A stretch of DNA of 60,647 nucleotides from Polyangiaceae bacterium (GTDB lineage: Bacteria; Myxococcota_A; Polyangia; Polyangiales; Polyangiaceae): contig JBNKZR010000001.1 of NCBI GenBank assembly GCA_050301735.1, forward strand, positions 1-60,647, written 5' to 3'. Of this stretch, positions 9,813-19,070 are shown piece after piece. Every line of letters starts with the position of its first letter. Position 1 is the first letter of the stretch. The notes under the pieces were generated by a model that saw nothing but the letters and a program-made list of their open reading frames with translations, was not told the origin of the DNA and did not search any database. Position numbers and translations under genes: made by a program.

Positions 9813-12452
9813 ATGCCGAACATGGCTTCGGCGAAGAGCACGCCCGTGATGGAGCAGCACGGGGCTGCCAAACGCGCGTATCCCGACGCGGTGGTTTTCT
9901 TCCGGCTGGGTGACTTCTACGAGATGTTCGGCGACGACGCCGTGTTGTGCGCGCGCGTGCTCAATCTCACGCTGACTAGTCGCAACAAAGGCAAGCCCGA
10001 CGAGATCCCGATGGCGGGCGTGCCTCATCACGCGGCCCATACCTACATCGGCAGAATGTTGGAGGCGGGTTACCAGGTGGCCGTGTGCGAGCAGATGGCT
10101 GACCCGAAGATGGTCAAGGGCATCGTCCCACGCGAAGTCGTGCGTGTCCTCACCCCGGGTCTCGTGACCGCTGACGACCACCTGCGCGCGAGAGAGAACA
10201 ACTGGCTGGCCGCGATCGAGGTGGGCGTACGGCGCGTCGGCGTGGCGTTGCTCGACATCTCCACGGGGGAACTCAGAGTTGCCGAGCTGCCGGATCTCTC
10301 CGCATTGCTGGCTGAGCTCAGCCATGCCGCACCCAGGGAGGTACTGTTGGGCTTCGCCGAAGGCGGAGCGCTCGCAGCGGGGGCATCCGTCGAAGACATC
10401 CAAGGCACGCTGCAGAGTGCCCTCGGCATTCCCGCTCTTCGCAGCGACGAGCCCCTGAATGACGAGCAGCTCGTGGCAGCGCTGGGGGAACTGGCATTGG
10501 ACGCCGAACAGTTGGCAGACGCGGAACGCATGGCCGCTGGGCGGGCGTTGCGCTTTGCCAGAGCCTGCACTCCGGGCGTCACGTTGCCGGTGCGCGCGAT
10601 CGGTCGCTGGGACCCGTCGAGCGCGATGGTCATCGACCCCAATGCACAACGACACCTGGAACTGGTCGAGTCGAACGTCGGCGACAGACAGGCCACTCTC
10701 CTTGCCGTCCTCGATCAGACGCTGACGGCTCCGGGTGCGAGACTCCTACGTCGCCGCTTGCTGGCTCCACTGACCAGCATCGCCGAGATCCGTCGCCGGC
10801 ACGACGCCGTGGAGACGTTCGTCGTGCACGCGGCGTTGCGAGCACAAGTGCGAAGCGAGTTGGACGGCTTCTCCGACCTGGAGCGGCTCGTGTCCCGTGT
10901 CGTACTCGGGGAGGCGAGTCCCAAGGATCTGGGGGCCATTCGCGACGCGCTACAAGCGACGGCACGCGTGGTGGGCTTGCTCTCTGGTTTGGATGCGGAG
11001 AGCCGCGCGTCACTCGGCCTGACCCAAGAGCGGGACGTCGGTGCCGACGTCGCAGAAGCGTTGGACGCAGCGCTGGTCGAACGCCCGCCGGGATTGGCCA
11101 AAGAGGGTGCGATTTTTCGCCCCGCGTTCGATGCCGAGTTGCACGAACTGTCCGAGACGAAGCGTCGCGGTTCAGAGCTCATCGTGGAGCTGGAGTCTCG
11201 CCTGCGAGAAGAGACGTCGATTCCGACTCTGCGAGCAAAGTTTACACGCGTCTTCGGTTGGTACATCGAGGTCAGCAAGACGCACCTGGACAAGGTGCCG
11301 AAAGAGTGGCGCCGCAAACAGACCGTCGCCAGCGGTGAACGCTATACGTTGGAGGCACTCGACGACCTGGCCGCACGCGTTGCGGGGGCGGAAGAGGGAC
11401 ACCGTGCGCGAGAGTTGGAGTTATTGCGCGAACTCAACGAGACGGTGAGAGCGTCCGCGGAGCGCGTTCGCAACATCTGCTCCGATGTCGCGGCCTGGGA
11501 CGTCGCCGCGGCGTTGGCAGAGGTCGCTCACAAGAACGACTACGTGCGCCCCGTCGTGGAGGACGGCTCCGAGCTCGTGATCGAGGAGGGGAGGCATCCC
11601 GTCGTCGAACGACTGGCAGCCGCCGGGCGCTTCGTGCCCAACGACGTGCATCTCGACGCCGAAGGCAAGCGCCTGTGGATCATCACTGGTCCAAACATGG
11701 CCGGCAAGAGTACCTTCCTGCGTCAGGTCACGCTGATCGCGATTCTGGCGCAAATGGGTAGCTTCGTGCCTGCCACGAAGGCGCGTATCGGTGTTTGCGA
11801 CCGCGTGTTGTCTCGGGTCGGCGCCAGCGACAACTTGGCTCAAGGCGAGAGCACCTTCATGGTCGAAATGCGTGAGACCGCGGACATCTTGCGCTACGCG
11901 ACACCGCGCTCGTTGGTGATTCTCGATGAGATCGGCCGCGGAACGAGCACCTTCGACGGGTTGGCGATTGCTTGGGCAGTGGCCGAGCACCTGGATGAGA
12001 CGGGTCGCTGTCGCGCGCTGTTCGCGACGCACTATCACGAGTTGACGGCGCTGGCGGAGCAGAGCGAAAACGTCGACAACTATAGTGTCAGCGCGCGCGA
12101 GTTGGATGGGGATATCGTGTTTCTTCACCGCCTCGTGCACGGTCCAGCAAGCCAGAGTTACGGCGTCGCGGTGGCCAAGCTGGCTGGCTTGCCGGAGGTC
12201 GTGCTTGCGCGGGCTTCGGCGCTGCTCGCCAATTTCGAAGGGCAACAGGAGCAATCCGAACGAGGTCAGCCGCCCAAACCGCGTCGCGGGGGCAACCCGA
12301 ACCAGCTCGATTTATTTGCTGCCGCTAACCAGGAGCAGCAATCGAGCCCGGCCAGCGACGAAGTGCTGAGCTTGTTACGCGCGGTCAATCTCGACCGATT
12401 GGCACCTCTGGAAGCGCTGCAGCTGCTGGCGAAATTGAAGAAGAAACTGTAG
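9813..12452 (+). CDS. mutS: DNA mismatch repair protein MutS
   Basis: 879 aa. N-terminal mismatch-binding motif 'FFRLGDFYEMFGDDA'. Walker A 'TGPNMAGKSTFLRQ'. 'STFMVEM' and 'DEIGRGTSTFDG' are also present. Confidence 0.97.
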   Translation: MPNMASAKSTPVMEQHGAAKRAYPDAVVFFRLGDFYEMFGDDAVLCARVLNLTLTSRNKGKPDEIPMAGVPHHAAHTYIGRMLEAGYQVAVCEQMADPKMVKGIVPREVVRVLTPGLVTADDHLRARENNWLAAIEVGVRRVGVALLDISTGELRVAELPDLSALLAELSHAAPREVLLGFAEGGALAAGASVEDIQGTLQSALGIPALRSDEPLNDEQLVAALGELALDAEQLADAERMAAGRALRFARACTPGVTLPVRAIGRWDPSSAMVIDPNAQRHLELVESNVGDRQATLLAVLDQTLTAPGARLLRRRLLAPLTSIAEIRRRHDAVETFVVHAALRAQVRSELDGFSDLERLVSRVVLGEASPKDLGAIRDALQATARVVGLLSGLDAESRASLGLTQERDVGADVAEALDAALVERPPGLAKEGAIFRPAFDAELHELSETKRRGSELIVELESRLREETSIPTLRAKFTRVFGWYIEVSKTHLDKVPKEWRRKQTVASGERYTLEALDDLAARVAGAEEGHRARELELLRELNETVRASAERVRNICSDVAAWDVAAALAEVAHKNDYVRPVVEDGSELVIEEGRHPVVERLAAAGRFVPNDVHLDAEGKRLWIITGPNMAGKSTFLRQVTLIAILAQMGSFVPATKARIGVCDRVLSRVGASDNLAQGESTFMVEMRETADILRYATPRSLVILDEIGRGTSTFDGLAIAWAVAEHLDETGRCRALFATHYHELTALAEQSENVDNYSVSARELDGDIVFLHRLVHGPASQSYGVAVAKLAGLPEVVLARASALLANFEGQQEQSERGQPPKPRRGGNPNQLDLFAAANQEQQSSPASDEVLSLLRAVNLDRLAPLEALQLLAKLKKKL

Positions 12453-12514
12453 CTCGCGAGCGTTCTCGGCTTGGTTCGTTCAGACTGGCTCCGAGTGAGC
12501 CCAGTGCTTGAGGG

Positions 12515-13735
12515 TCACACCGTTGCCGCCGTCATCGCCTGCAACCGGCCATCGAGTTGCGGCGCGCGGACGGTCCAGAAATGGCGTGCGGCGGCGCAGC
12601 GAAAACGACCTCTGCCCGGGCGAGTCCGCGCTAGCTTTTCGACGCATCGGGCGAGATCTTCAGCCGTGCCGTCGTAGAAGGCTGACGGATCGGCGAACAG
12701 CTCAGGGTACGCCAGCGCTCGCGGCAGCAGGAGCTGACAACCGGCAGCTGCCGCTTCCATCACGGCGATGCCGAAGTATTCGTGCTGCGCCGTCGACACG
12801 AAGACGTCGCTCTGCAACAGGTGGCGTTCATACTCGGAGCGACTGGGGGCGAAGCCGAACGCGTCCAGGTCTTCGCCGAATTCCCTCTGAATACGAGAGA
12901 ATGTTTCGGGATGGTTCTTGAAGCGTTCGCCAAGCAAGCTGAGCCGGAAGCGAACTCCTCTCATCTTCAGGAGTTGCAAGGTCGCGAGCAACAGCTCCGG
13001 GCCCTTGTCGTGTTCCCATCGAGCCGCCCACGCGAGTCGGATGGGGTCCGTGCTTCCTTTTTCAGAGTGCGTGCTTAGCGTGTCGTTGGCGCTCTCGGCG
13101 CTCACCGAGACTGGCGCTTGGGCGAGGCGTGTGGCATTCGGCACCGGATTGATACCGGGCGGCAGGATCTTGCTTTTGGCCGTCAACCGCGCTGCGTCGA
13201 AGATGCCTCGATGGTCCGGCATCTTGCGGAACAACGACTGTAGGCCTTCGAATGAGGTGGCACGGTTGTGTTCACTGTTGAACCAGACTTCGTGCGCGGC
13301 CAGCATGCCCGTCCAGTGGGTGAACGCGAAATGCACGTCGCGGGCGTCGGGGTGCTCGGTTGGGTAGTCGAGCTGGTTTTCGTGAAAGTAGAGCACGCTG
13401 GGGAGGTCACCCAAGGTCGCATGGGTCAGACCGCGGAATGTGGCCAAGTCGAGCATCGAACTGCACCACAGGGCATCCCAAGGGGGGGCTGCGGCAGGTG
13501 CCGAGCTGCTCGGGGCGTCCGGGATCGACGACGCGCGCTCGGATCCGCCTCGGGCGTTTGTGAGCAGCGCTGCGACGCTTTGCGCGGCGCTGACCGCCGC
13601 GTGGCGCATGCGCCACTTCCAGTGGTGAGGTTCGAACGTCACCAGGTCGAAGTCGTGTCGACTGTGAGCGATCCAGCCGTCGATGAACGCGCGGTGAGAG
13701 CCGCCGTAGTAGGGCTCGATGGCTAGTACACGCAT
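12515..13735 (-). CDS. GTDC1/QTMAN-like glycosyltransferase (DUF3524 N-domain + GT-B group 1)
   Basis: 406 aa. Blocks 'MRVLAIEPYYGGSHRAF', 'HHWKWRMR', 'LYFHENQLDYP', 'AARWEHDKGPE', 'SLLGERF' and 'STAQHEYFGIAVMEA' match, block for block, the conserved motifs I recall for eukaryotic GTDC1. Confidence 0.85.
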   Translation of the reverse strand: MRVLAIEPYYGGSHRAFIDGWIAHSRHDFDLVTFEPHHWKWRMRHAAVSAAQSVAALLTNARGGSERASSIPDAPSSSAPAAAPPWDALWCSSMLDLATFRGLTHATLGDLPSVLYFHENQLDYPTEHPDARDVHFAFTHWTGMLAAHEVWFNSEHNRATSFEGLQSLFRKMPDHRGIFDAARLTAKSKILPPGINPVPNATRLAQAPVSVSAESANDTLSTHSEKGSTDPIRLAWAARWEHDKGPELLLATLQLLKMRGVRFRLSLLGERFKNHPETFSRIQREFGEDLDAFGFAPSRSEYERHLLQSDVFVSTAQHEYFGIAVMEAAAAGCQLLLPRALAYPELFADPSAFYDGTAEDLARCVEKLARTRPGRGRFRCAAARHFWTVRAPQLDGRLQAMTAATV

Positions 13736-13779
13736 GCTGCGGTGGTAGGCGAGACCCCACTCGGACGCAAGAAAGACCC

Positions 13780-14931
13780 TCAGTTGCGGCGACGCGTCTT
13801 GACGGCCTCCTTGACGAGCTTGCCGAAGCGTCGATGCTCTTGGTTCTGAAGACGGCGCGCATACGCGTCGTGTCGGGCTTGCTGTCGCAGTGCCTCGCTA
13901 GCCAGCTTCCTGTAGCTCGCGAGGCGCTCGGCAGGCAGCGTGCCTTCATCGATGGCGCGGGTGACTGCGCAGCCGGGTTCGGTTTCGTGGGCGCAGTCGC
14001 TGAAGCGGCATTCCTTCGCCAGCTGCTCGATGTCTTCGAAGCCCACACTGCCAGTTTGCGTCGACAGTGCCAATTCGCGCAGGCCCGGGGTATCTATGAC
14101 GAGGGTGCCGTCGGGCATTCGCAGCATCTCGCGACGCGTCGTGGTGTGTTTTCCTTTGGTGTCCACCCCGCGCACTTCGCCGACGTTCTGGGTTTCGCTG
14201 CCGAGGAGCCGGTTGATCAGCGTCGACTTGCCGACGCCGGACTGGCCTACGAAAGCAACACTCTGTCCGGCACCCAGATAGGGCGCCAGGTTGCGGACGC
14301 CATCGCCTTGCTCGGCGCTGACACACAAGACGTCGACGGACTTCAGTCGGCGAGCGAGCTCGGAGCGCGCTGCCTCGGCTTCGGGCGCCAGGTCCGACTT
14401 GTTCAACAGGCACACTGGCGTAGCGCCGCCGTCCGTCACCGCGGCGACGTAGCGCTCGATGCGCCGCGGATTGAGTCCGCGTCTCAGCAGTTTTTCCGTT
14501 TCGGCGAAAGCGCACACCACGAAGACCACGTCGATGTTGGTGGCGATGAGTTGTTCGTCGCTGCGGTCGAGGGTGGCACCTCGTCGGAGCACAGTCGCGC
14601 GTTCGAGCACGCGCGTAATGCGCGGTTCTGGAATTTCTGAAACCAGCACCCAATCACCCACGGCGACGGGGGCGTGTCCCGGACGCACGTTGCGGGTGAC
14701 GAAGGGCTCCGGCCACTGCTCAGCTTCGGCTGTCGTAGAATTGCCGGCGGTGGCCGGGATGTCCTCGTTGGCGGACAAGTGCGTGTCGGGCCGGACGGAC
14801 ACCAGTCGACACAGTCCGCGGTCGACGGCGCGAACGCGCCAAGGGTGTGCCTGCTCGTCAGCGGCGAGCCAATCCTGGATCTGGAGGGGTTTGAGGCCCA
14901 AGAGTTGAAGAGCTCGGGGGAATGAAGTCAT
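13780..14931 (-). CDS. rsgA: Ribosome small-subunit-dependent GTPase A
   Basis: Lies in ORF 13780..15027 (TTG); the likely start is ATG 14931 (MTSFPRALQLL). Motifs are 'LLNKSDL', 'GQSGVGKSTLINRL' and the zinc knuckle 'CRFSDCAHETEPGCAV'. Confidence 0.9.
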   Translation of the reverse strand: MTSFPRALQLLGLKPLQIQDWLAADEQAHPWRVRAVDRGLCRLVSVRPDTHLSANEDIPATAGNSTTAEAEQWPEPFVTRNVRPGHAPVAVGDWVLVSEIPEPRITRVLERATVLRRGATLDRSDEQLIATNIDVVFVVCAFAETEKLLRRGLNPRRIERYVAAVTDGGATPVCLLNKSDLAPEAEAARSELARRLKSVDVLCVSAEQGDGVRNLAPYLGAGQSVAFVGQSGVGKSTLINRLLGSETQNVGEVRGVDTKGKHTTTRREMLRMPDGTLVIDTPGLRELALSTQTGSVGFEDIEQLAKECRFSDCAHETEPGCAVTRAIDEGTLPAERLASYRKLASEALRQQARHDAYARRLQNQEHRRFGKLVKEAVKTRRRN

Positions 14932-15009
14932 CTGGTCTTCTTGCGTTCTGTTTTGGGCGCGGGAATTAGCGGGCGCGCCGAATGGTTGGGGCTCGCGGCG
15001 AGCGCAGGA

Positions 15010-15028
15010 CTTGGACGTGTCGTCCAAG
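15010..15028 (-). other. Perfect 8-bp stem / 3-nt loop hairpin in the rsgA upstream region
   Basis: CTTGGACG-TGT-CGTCCAAG lies between the small ORF (15203-15298) and the rsgA start. No U-tract follows. Function unknown. Confidence 0.3.
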
Positions 15029-15416
15029 CGCGCTTCGAGCCGCGTCGTCGGGAGGCGCAGAGTCGCTAGAGTCCGACGCTGGACACGGAGCTCAGCAACT
15101 CCGTCTGCGGGGACAGCCGCGTCGATCGCCTTGGCAGACGAGCGCTACGGCACCGCCGTGTCGACAGACGCGCCCAGAACCAGTGCTTGCGTTACCGGGT
15201 GACTACCGGTTCACGTTGGCAGCAACGCAGACAACACCGGCCTGGGGCAGCTCGCGGAGAATGGCGGCAAGTGCGGGTGCTTTGGCTAGGGCAATCATGA
15301 CTCATCCTCCTGGTGGCGCGGTGTTCCGTTCACCCAAGACGGGAGAACTCGCAGAACGATAGCTCTTGCCGAGCCAAACGCAAGCCGGTGTCACCACAGG
15401 ACGACGGTTTTCAGGC

Positions 15417-17960
15417 TCACTTGCGGCGCCCAGCCCCCAGCGCGGGTGGGGTTGCCGTTCGGCCATCTTCTGGCCACGCGTGCTTGGCGTAGCGCCGGCG
15501 CAGCTCCTTGCGCACTTCGTCGTAGTGGCGTTCCCAGAATCCTCCGAGGTCGGAGGTGACTTGCACCGCGCGTTGATTCGGAGCTAGCAAGTGCAGCGTC
15601 AACGGCACGCGTCCGCCGCACACGCGCGGGCCTTCGCTCATGCCGAAGAAGTCTTGCAAGCGTGAGGCCACCCAGGGTGGTTTTCCAGCCTCGTAGTGCA
15701 CGACGAGTCTGCGTCCGCCAGGGAGCGTGATGTGCTCCGGGGTCTCTTGGTCCAGCAGGCGTCGTTGTTCGTAGCTCAGATGGCTCAGTAGCATCGCATC
15801 CAGGTCAGTGGCCTCGAGTTGATCGAGACTGGTCAGTCCCTCACAGGCCAGTTCCAACAACGCTTCGTCGGCAAGTTGCTCTGGTGGCGGAAGTGAGTCG
15901 CACAAGCCCGTTTGTCGCAATAGGCAGACGCGCTCTGCCAAGGTCAGCAGCGTCGAGCTCTTGCCCAGCAGTGCCGTCTTCTGCCCGAGTGCGGCTTCGA
16001 ACAAGAGCCGGCTCGTTTGCGCTGATGGTGGCGCAGGCATCCGACTCTCCTCCAGGGTGACGGAGTCCAGAGCTAGCCGGCTTATCGACTCAACGCGCCG
16101 TTTGACCGGATCGAAGCGCAGCTCGTCATGTGCCTGGATTTGGGATTCGTATGCGTCAAAGAGCCAGTCGGCTTCGATGGACGAGAGCCATTGAACCACT
16201 GCTCCGGTCGCTCGCCCGTCGCTGCGCTCTTCTTCCTCCAGCGCCACGACGAGGGGAGCCGTTCGCACGATACTGTGTGCGGAGACCTTGGCCGTCGTGC
16301 CGTTCCTCAGGATCAATCGCCGCTGATGAGGTTGGTGCAGCGCTACTCTGTCTTCGAAGCCGTCGAGGAGGCAGCGGCGCAGGCGGAGTTCCGCCTCTTC
16401 CGCATCACGTGGGGCAGGGGCAGCGTCGCGCGTTTTGCGTTTGAGGCTACGGTAGGCGCGTTGTACGGCGCGGACACGGGCTGGGTCCAAGCCCATGGCG
16501 CGCAACGCGCCGCCTCGAAACTCCGAAGACTCGGCTTCGCGGAAGGCGTCCATGCGGTCCTGAAGATCGGAGGGGCCCGTCGGCAGGTCCCTTTCTTCGC
16601 GGGTCGATTGCCGAATGTCGCGCTCGGCCAGCAAGGATACAGCCAGAGATCCGTCATCTGCGATGCCTGCCGACTCCGCACTGGCCAACACGCGTGCCAA
16701 TCGCGGGGGAAGACCGAAGCGCAGCATCCGCTGCCCTATCTCGGTGAGCTTGCCCTCGTCGTTTAGTGCACCAAGTTGTCGCAGGACCTGCGTCGCTTTC
16801 TCGAGGGTGTTCGTCTTGGGCGGTGAAAGCCAGCGCAGCTCGGGTGGAGCGACGCCCAACCCCCTCAGTTGGAGCACGAAATCCGTCAAGTCCAAGCGGC
16901 TGATTTCGGGCTCGTCGCGCTCTGGTCGGCGTTTGAAATCGGCGGCTTCGTACAGACGCAGCACGAGTCCCGGGGCCGTTCTCCCGGCGCGGCCTGCTCG
17001 TTGGGTCGCGGAGCTCCTGCTGATCGGCGTCACGGTCAGGGTTGCCCGCCCGCTGAACGGCGAAAAACCAGCCACGCGAGCGAGCCCTGAGTCCACCACC
17101 GCCGTGACGCCGTCGATGGTGACCGAAGATTCGGCAACATTCGTGGCCAGGATGACCTTTCGAGTTCGGTTTGGCGCAACGGCCGCAGCCTGGGCTTGCA
17201 GGTTCTGTTCCCCATGCAGGACGTGCAGTTCGAAGGCGTCGTCACGGCGCTCCAACACGTCTTTCGCGCGATGGATCTCACGCGCGCCGGGCAAGAAGAC
17301 GAGTACGTGACCGGAAGGCTGGCTCTGCAGTGCGTCTCGCACGCCACTCGCGACGCGCCTTTCCAAAGGGCGGTCGTCGACTCCATCCTGGTGGCGAATG
17401 TCCAAAGGGAAGGTGCGTCCCTCACTTCGCAAACGAGGACAGTCGTCGAGGAACGCAGAAATCGGTGCAGCATCCAACGTCGCGCTCATCACGACGACGC
17501 GAAGATCAGTGCGCGTGCGGCACAAGCGGTACAAGAGCGCCAGGAGCGCGTCGCTGGCCAGATGCCGCTCGTGGAACTCGTCCAACACGACGGTGTGTGC
17601 GAACGAGAGCTCCGGGTCGCCCATCATCTGCTGCAGCAGCAAACCTTCCGTTACGTAGCGGAGCCGCGTTGTGGTGCCGCTCTTGTCATCGTAGCGGACG
17701 GAGTAGCCCACGAGACCCCCGAGACGCGCGCCCATCTCCTGCGCGACGTAGGTTGCCGCCAGACGCGCCGCCAGTCGACGGGGCTCGGTGACGACGACCT
17801 GCCTCTCGTCGTCGGTGCGGCTCTCGAAGATCGAGCGCGGAACCCGCGTCGTCTTTCCCGCGCCGGGAGCTGCTTCGAGCACGAGGAACTGATGCCGGGC
17901 CAGACACGACACGACTTCCGGAAGTAGGGGATCGATGGGAAGGGATGGCGCTTGGGGCAT
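15417..17960 (-). CDS. hrpB: ATP-dependent RNA helicase HrpB (DEAH-box)
   Basis: Lies in ORF 15417..18020; the likely start is ATG 17960 (MPQAPSLPIDPLLPEV). Motif I is 'EAAPGAGKTTRVP' and motif II is 'LDEFHERH'. 'SATL' and 'QRAGRAGR' are present. The long HrpB-type C-terminal domain ends in '...RRYAKHAWPEDG'. Confidence 0.92.
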   Translation of the reverse strand: MPQAPSLPIDPLLPEVVSCLARHQFLVLEAAPGAGKTTRVPRSIFESRTDDERQVVVTEPRRLAARLAATYVAQEMGARLGGLVGYSVRYDDKSGTTTRLRYVTEGLLLQQMMGDPELSFAHTVVLDEFHERHLASDALLALLYRLCRTRTDLRVVVMSATLDAAPISAFLDDCPRLRSEGRTFPLDIRHQDGVDDRPLERRVASGVRDALQSQPSGHVLVFLPGAREIHRAKDVLERRDDAFELHVLHGEQNLQAQAAAVAPNRTRKVILATNVAESSVTIDGVTAVVDSGLARVAGFSPFSGRATLTVTPISRSSATQRAGRAGRTAPGLVLRLYEAADFKRRPERDEPEISRLDLTDFVLQLRGLGVAPPELRWLSPPKTNTLEKATQVLRQLGALNDEGKLTEIGQRMLRFGLPPRLARVLASAESAGIADDGSLAVSLLAERDIRQSTREERDLPTGPSDLQDRMDAFREAESSEFRGGALRAMGLDPARVRAVQRAYRSLKRKTRDAAPAPRDAEEAELRLRRCLLDGFEDRVALHQPHQRRLILRNGTTAKVSAHSIVRTAPLVVALEEEERSDGRATGAVVQWLSSIEADWLFDAYESQIQAHDELRFDPVKRRVESISRLALDSVTLEESRMPAPPSAQTSRLLFEAALGQKTALLGKSSTLLTLAERVCLLRQTGLCDSLPPPEQLADEALLELACEGLTSLDQLEATDLDAMLLSHLSYEQRRLLDQETPEHITLPGGRRLVVHYEAGKPPWVASRLQDFFGMSEGPRVCGGRVPLTLHLLAPNQRAVQVTSDLGGFWERHYDEVRKELRRRYAKHAWPEDGRTATPPALGAGRRK

Positions 17961-18238
17961 CGGGTGAACCGCCTTGGAGCAGCGCTGATCGCTGTAGCTG
18001 TTCCGTTCAGCGCCATGCAAGTCACTCCGCGGAAATCCAACGAGCTATCGGCGGCCTCGCTGTGCCGCTTGCGCAGGCGGCGGGGCCCTGCTGCCTGTTG
18101 GAGGGGCCGGGTGCCGTCGATCGGTCCTTTCAGGTGCCTGGTTGCATGAAAAATTGTGAAATGTTGGGGCGACTGGTTGGCGGTTTCGGCGCGCGCGCGC
18201 GTTGACCGAGGCAGCCCTGGATGGCAGCCTTGTGAGGG

Positions 18239-18850
18239 ATGAAGGTGTTGTCGGAGTTGGTGGGCTGGGGCGGGATCGCCTTTGCGGCTGCTCTGACGAT
18301 GTCGTCGGCCGGTGCGCACCCGGGACTGCAGGAGATCGTCGACCCCTGGGCAGTGGAGGTGAAGCGAGCAGATGTGCCGAAAGAGCTCGGGGAGACGAAA
18401 GCCGCGCTGGATGAACGCAGCACGGAGTTGGCAGGCAGGGATCACCCCGAGGATGCACCGAGCTGCGCGCCAGGAGAGCTCGCGACCGATGCCGATGCGC
18501 AAGAGCAACGTGTCGGGGCAGGAGTGCCGGGGACCTCGGACGTCTTCAGCGATGATGTGACCAGCGGAATCGAAGTAGAGCCTGTTGAGTCGGCGACGGA
18601 TGAAGGCTGCTCATGTCCGGAGCCGCTCCCGTGCTTGCAGGATGAGGTCGAAGGCGCGGTTGGCCGTCTGCTGACACTGACGGAGGTCGAAAACCCTTGG
18701 CGTCGCGTCACGAGTGGGCTCGCTGTGGATCGCACGTGGAGAGACGTCCCGTTGCTCGTCGACCCGTGGGCGAATGCCAGTCGAGTCCCGTTCGACGTCG
18801 AGGAATTGGGGCTGATCGTCGACCCGTGGGCTGTGTCTACGGGCCGTTAG
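18239..18850 (+). CDS. Secreted acidic protein with repeated (I/L)VDPWA motif
   Basis: 203 aa. Signal peptide 'MKVLSELVGWGGIAFAAALTMSSAGA'. Motifs are IVDPWA (18335-18352), VENPWR (18686-18703), LVDPWA (18755-18772) and IVDPWA (18815-18832). No family recognised. Confidence 0.6.
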   Translation: MKVLSELVGWGGIAFAAALTMSSAGAHPGLQEIVDPWAVEVKRADVPKELGETKAALDERSTELAGRDHPEDAPSCAPGELATDADAQEQRVGAGVPGTSDVFSDDVTSGIEVEPVESATDEGCSCPEPLPCLQDEVEGAVGRLLTLTEVENPWRRVTSGLAVDRTWRDVPLLVDPWANASRVPFDVEELGLIVDPWAVSTGR

Positions 18851-19070
18851 GGGTCTCGTCATCCGCGGGTTTGCTCGCACGCGTCTGAACGTTGGCTGAC
18901 GTCAGGGTTCGCTGGGTGAGCGCGCGGCTCACGCGGTTCGGCGACGCGCGGTGACGGCATTCGAGTCGCAGCAGAAGCACGGCAGGGACGGTAGCACTCC
19001 GTGCAGAGGAGAAACGCAGTGGCGGGTGTCCTAGGCCTGCAGATGTCGCATTGGGGTTGACTCGGCGCTG

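Noticed and set aside
18896-18905. CTGACGTCAG 10-bp palindrome (CRE/CRP-like) upstream of argS
   Set aside because: A 5+5 palindrome is expected many times by chance in 60 kb. There is no second half-site or promoter context.
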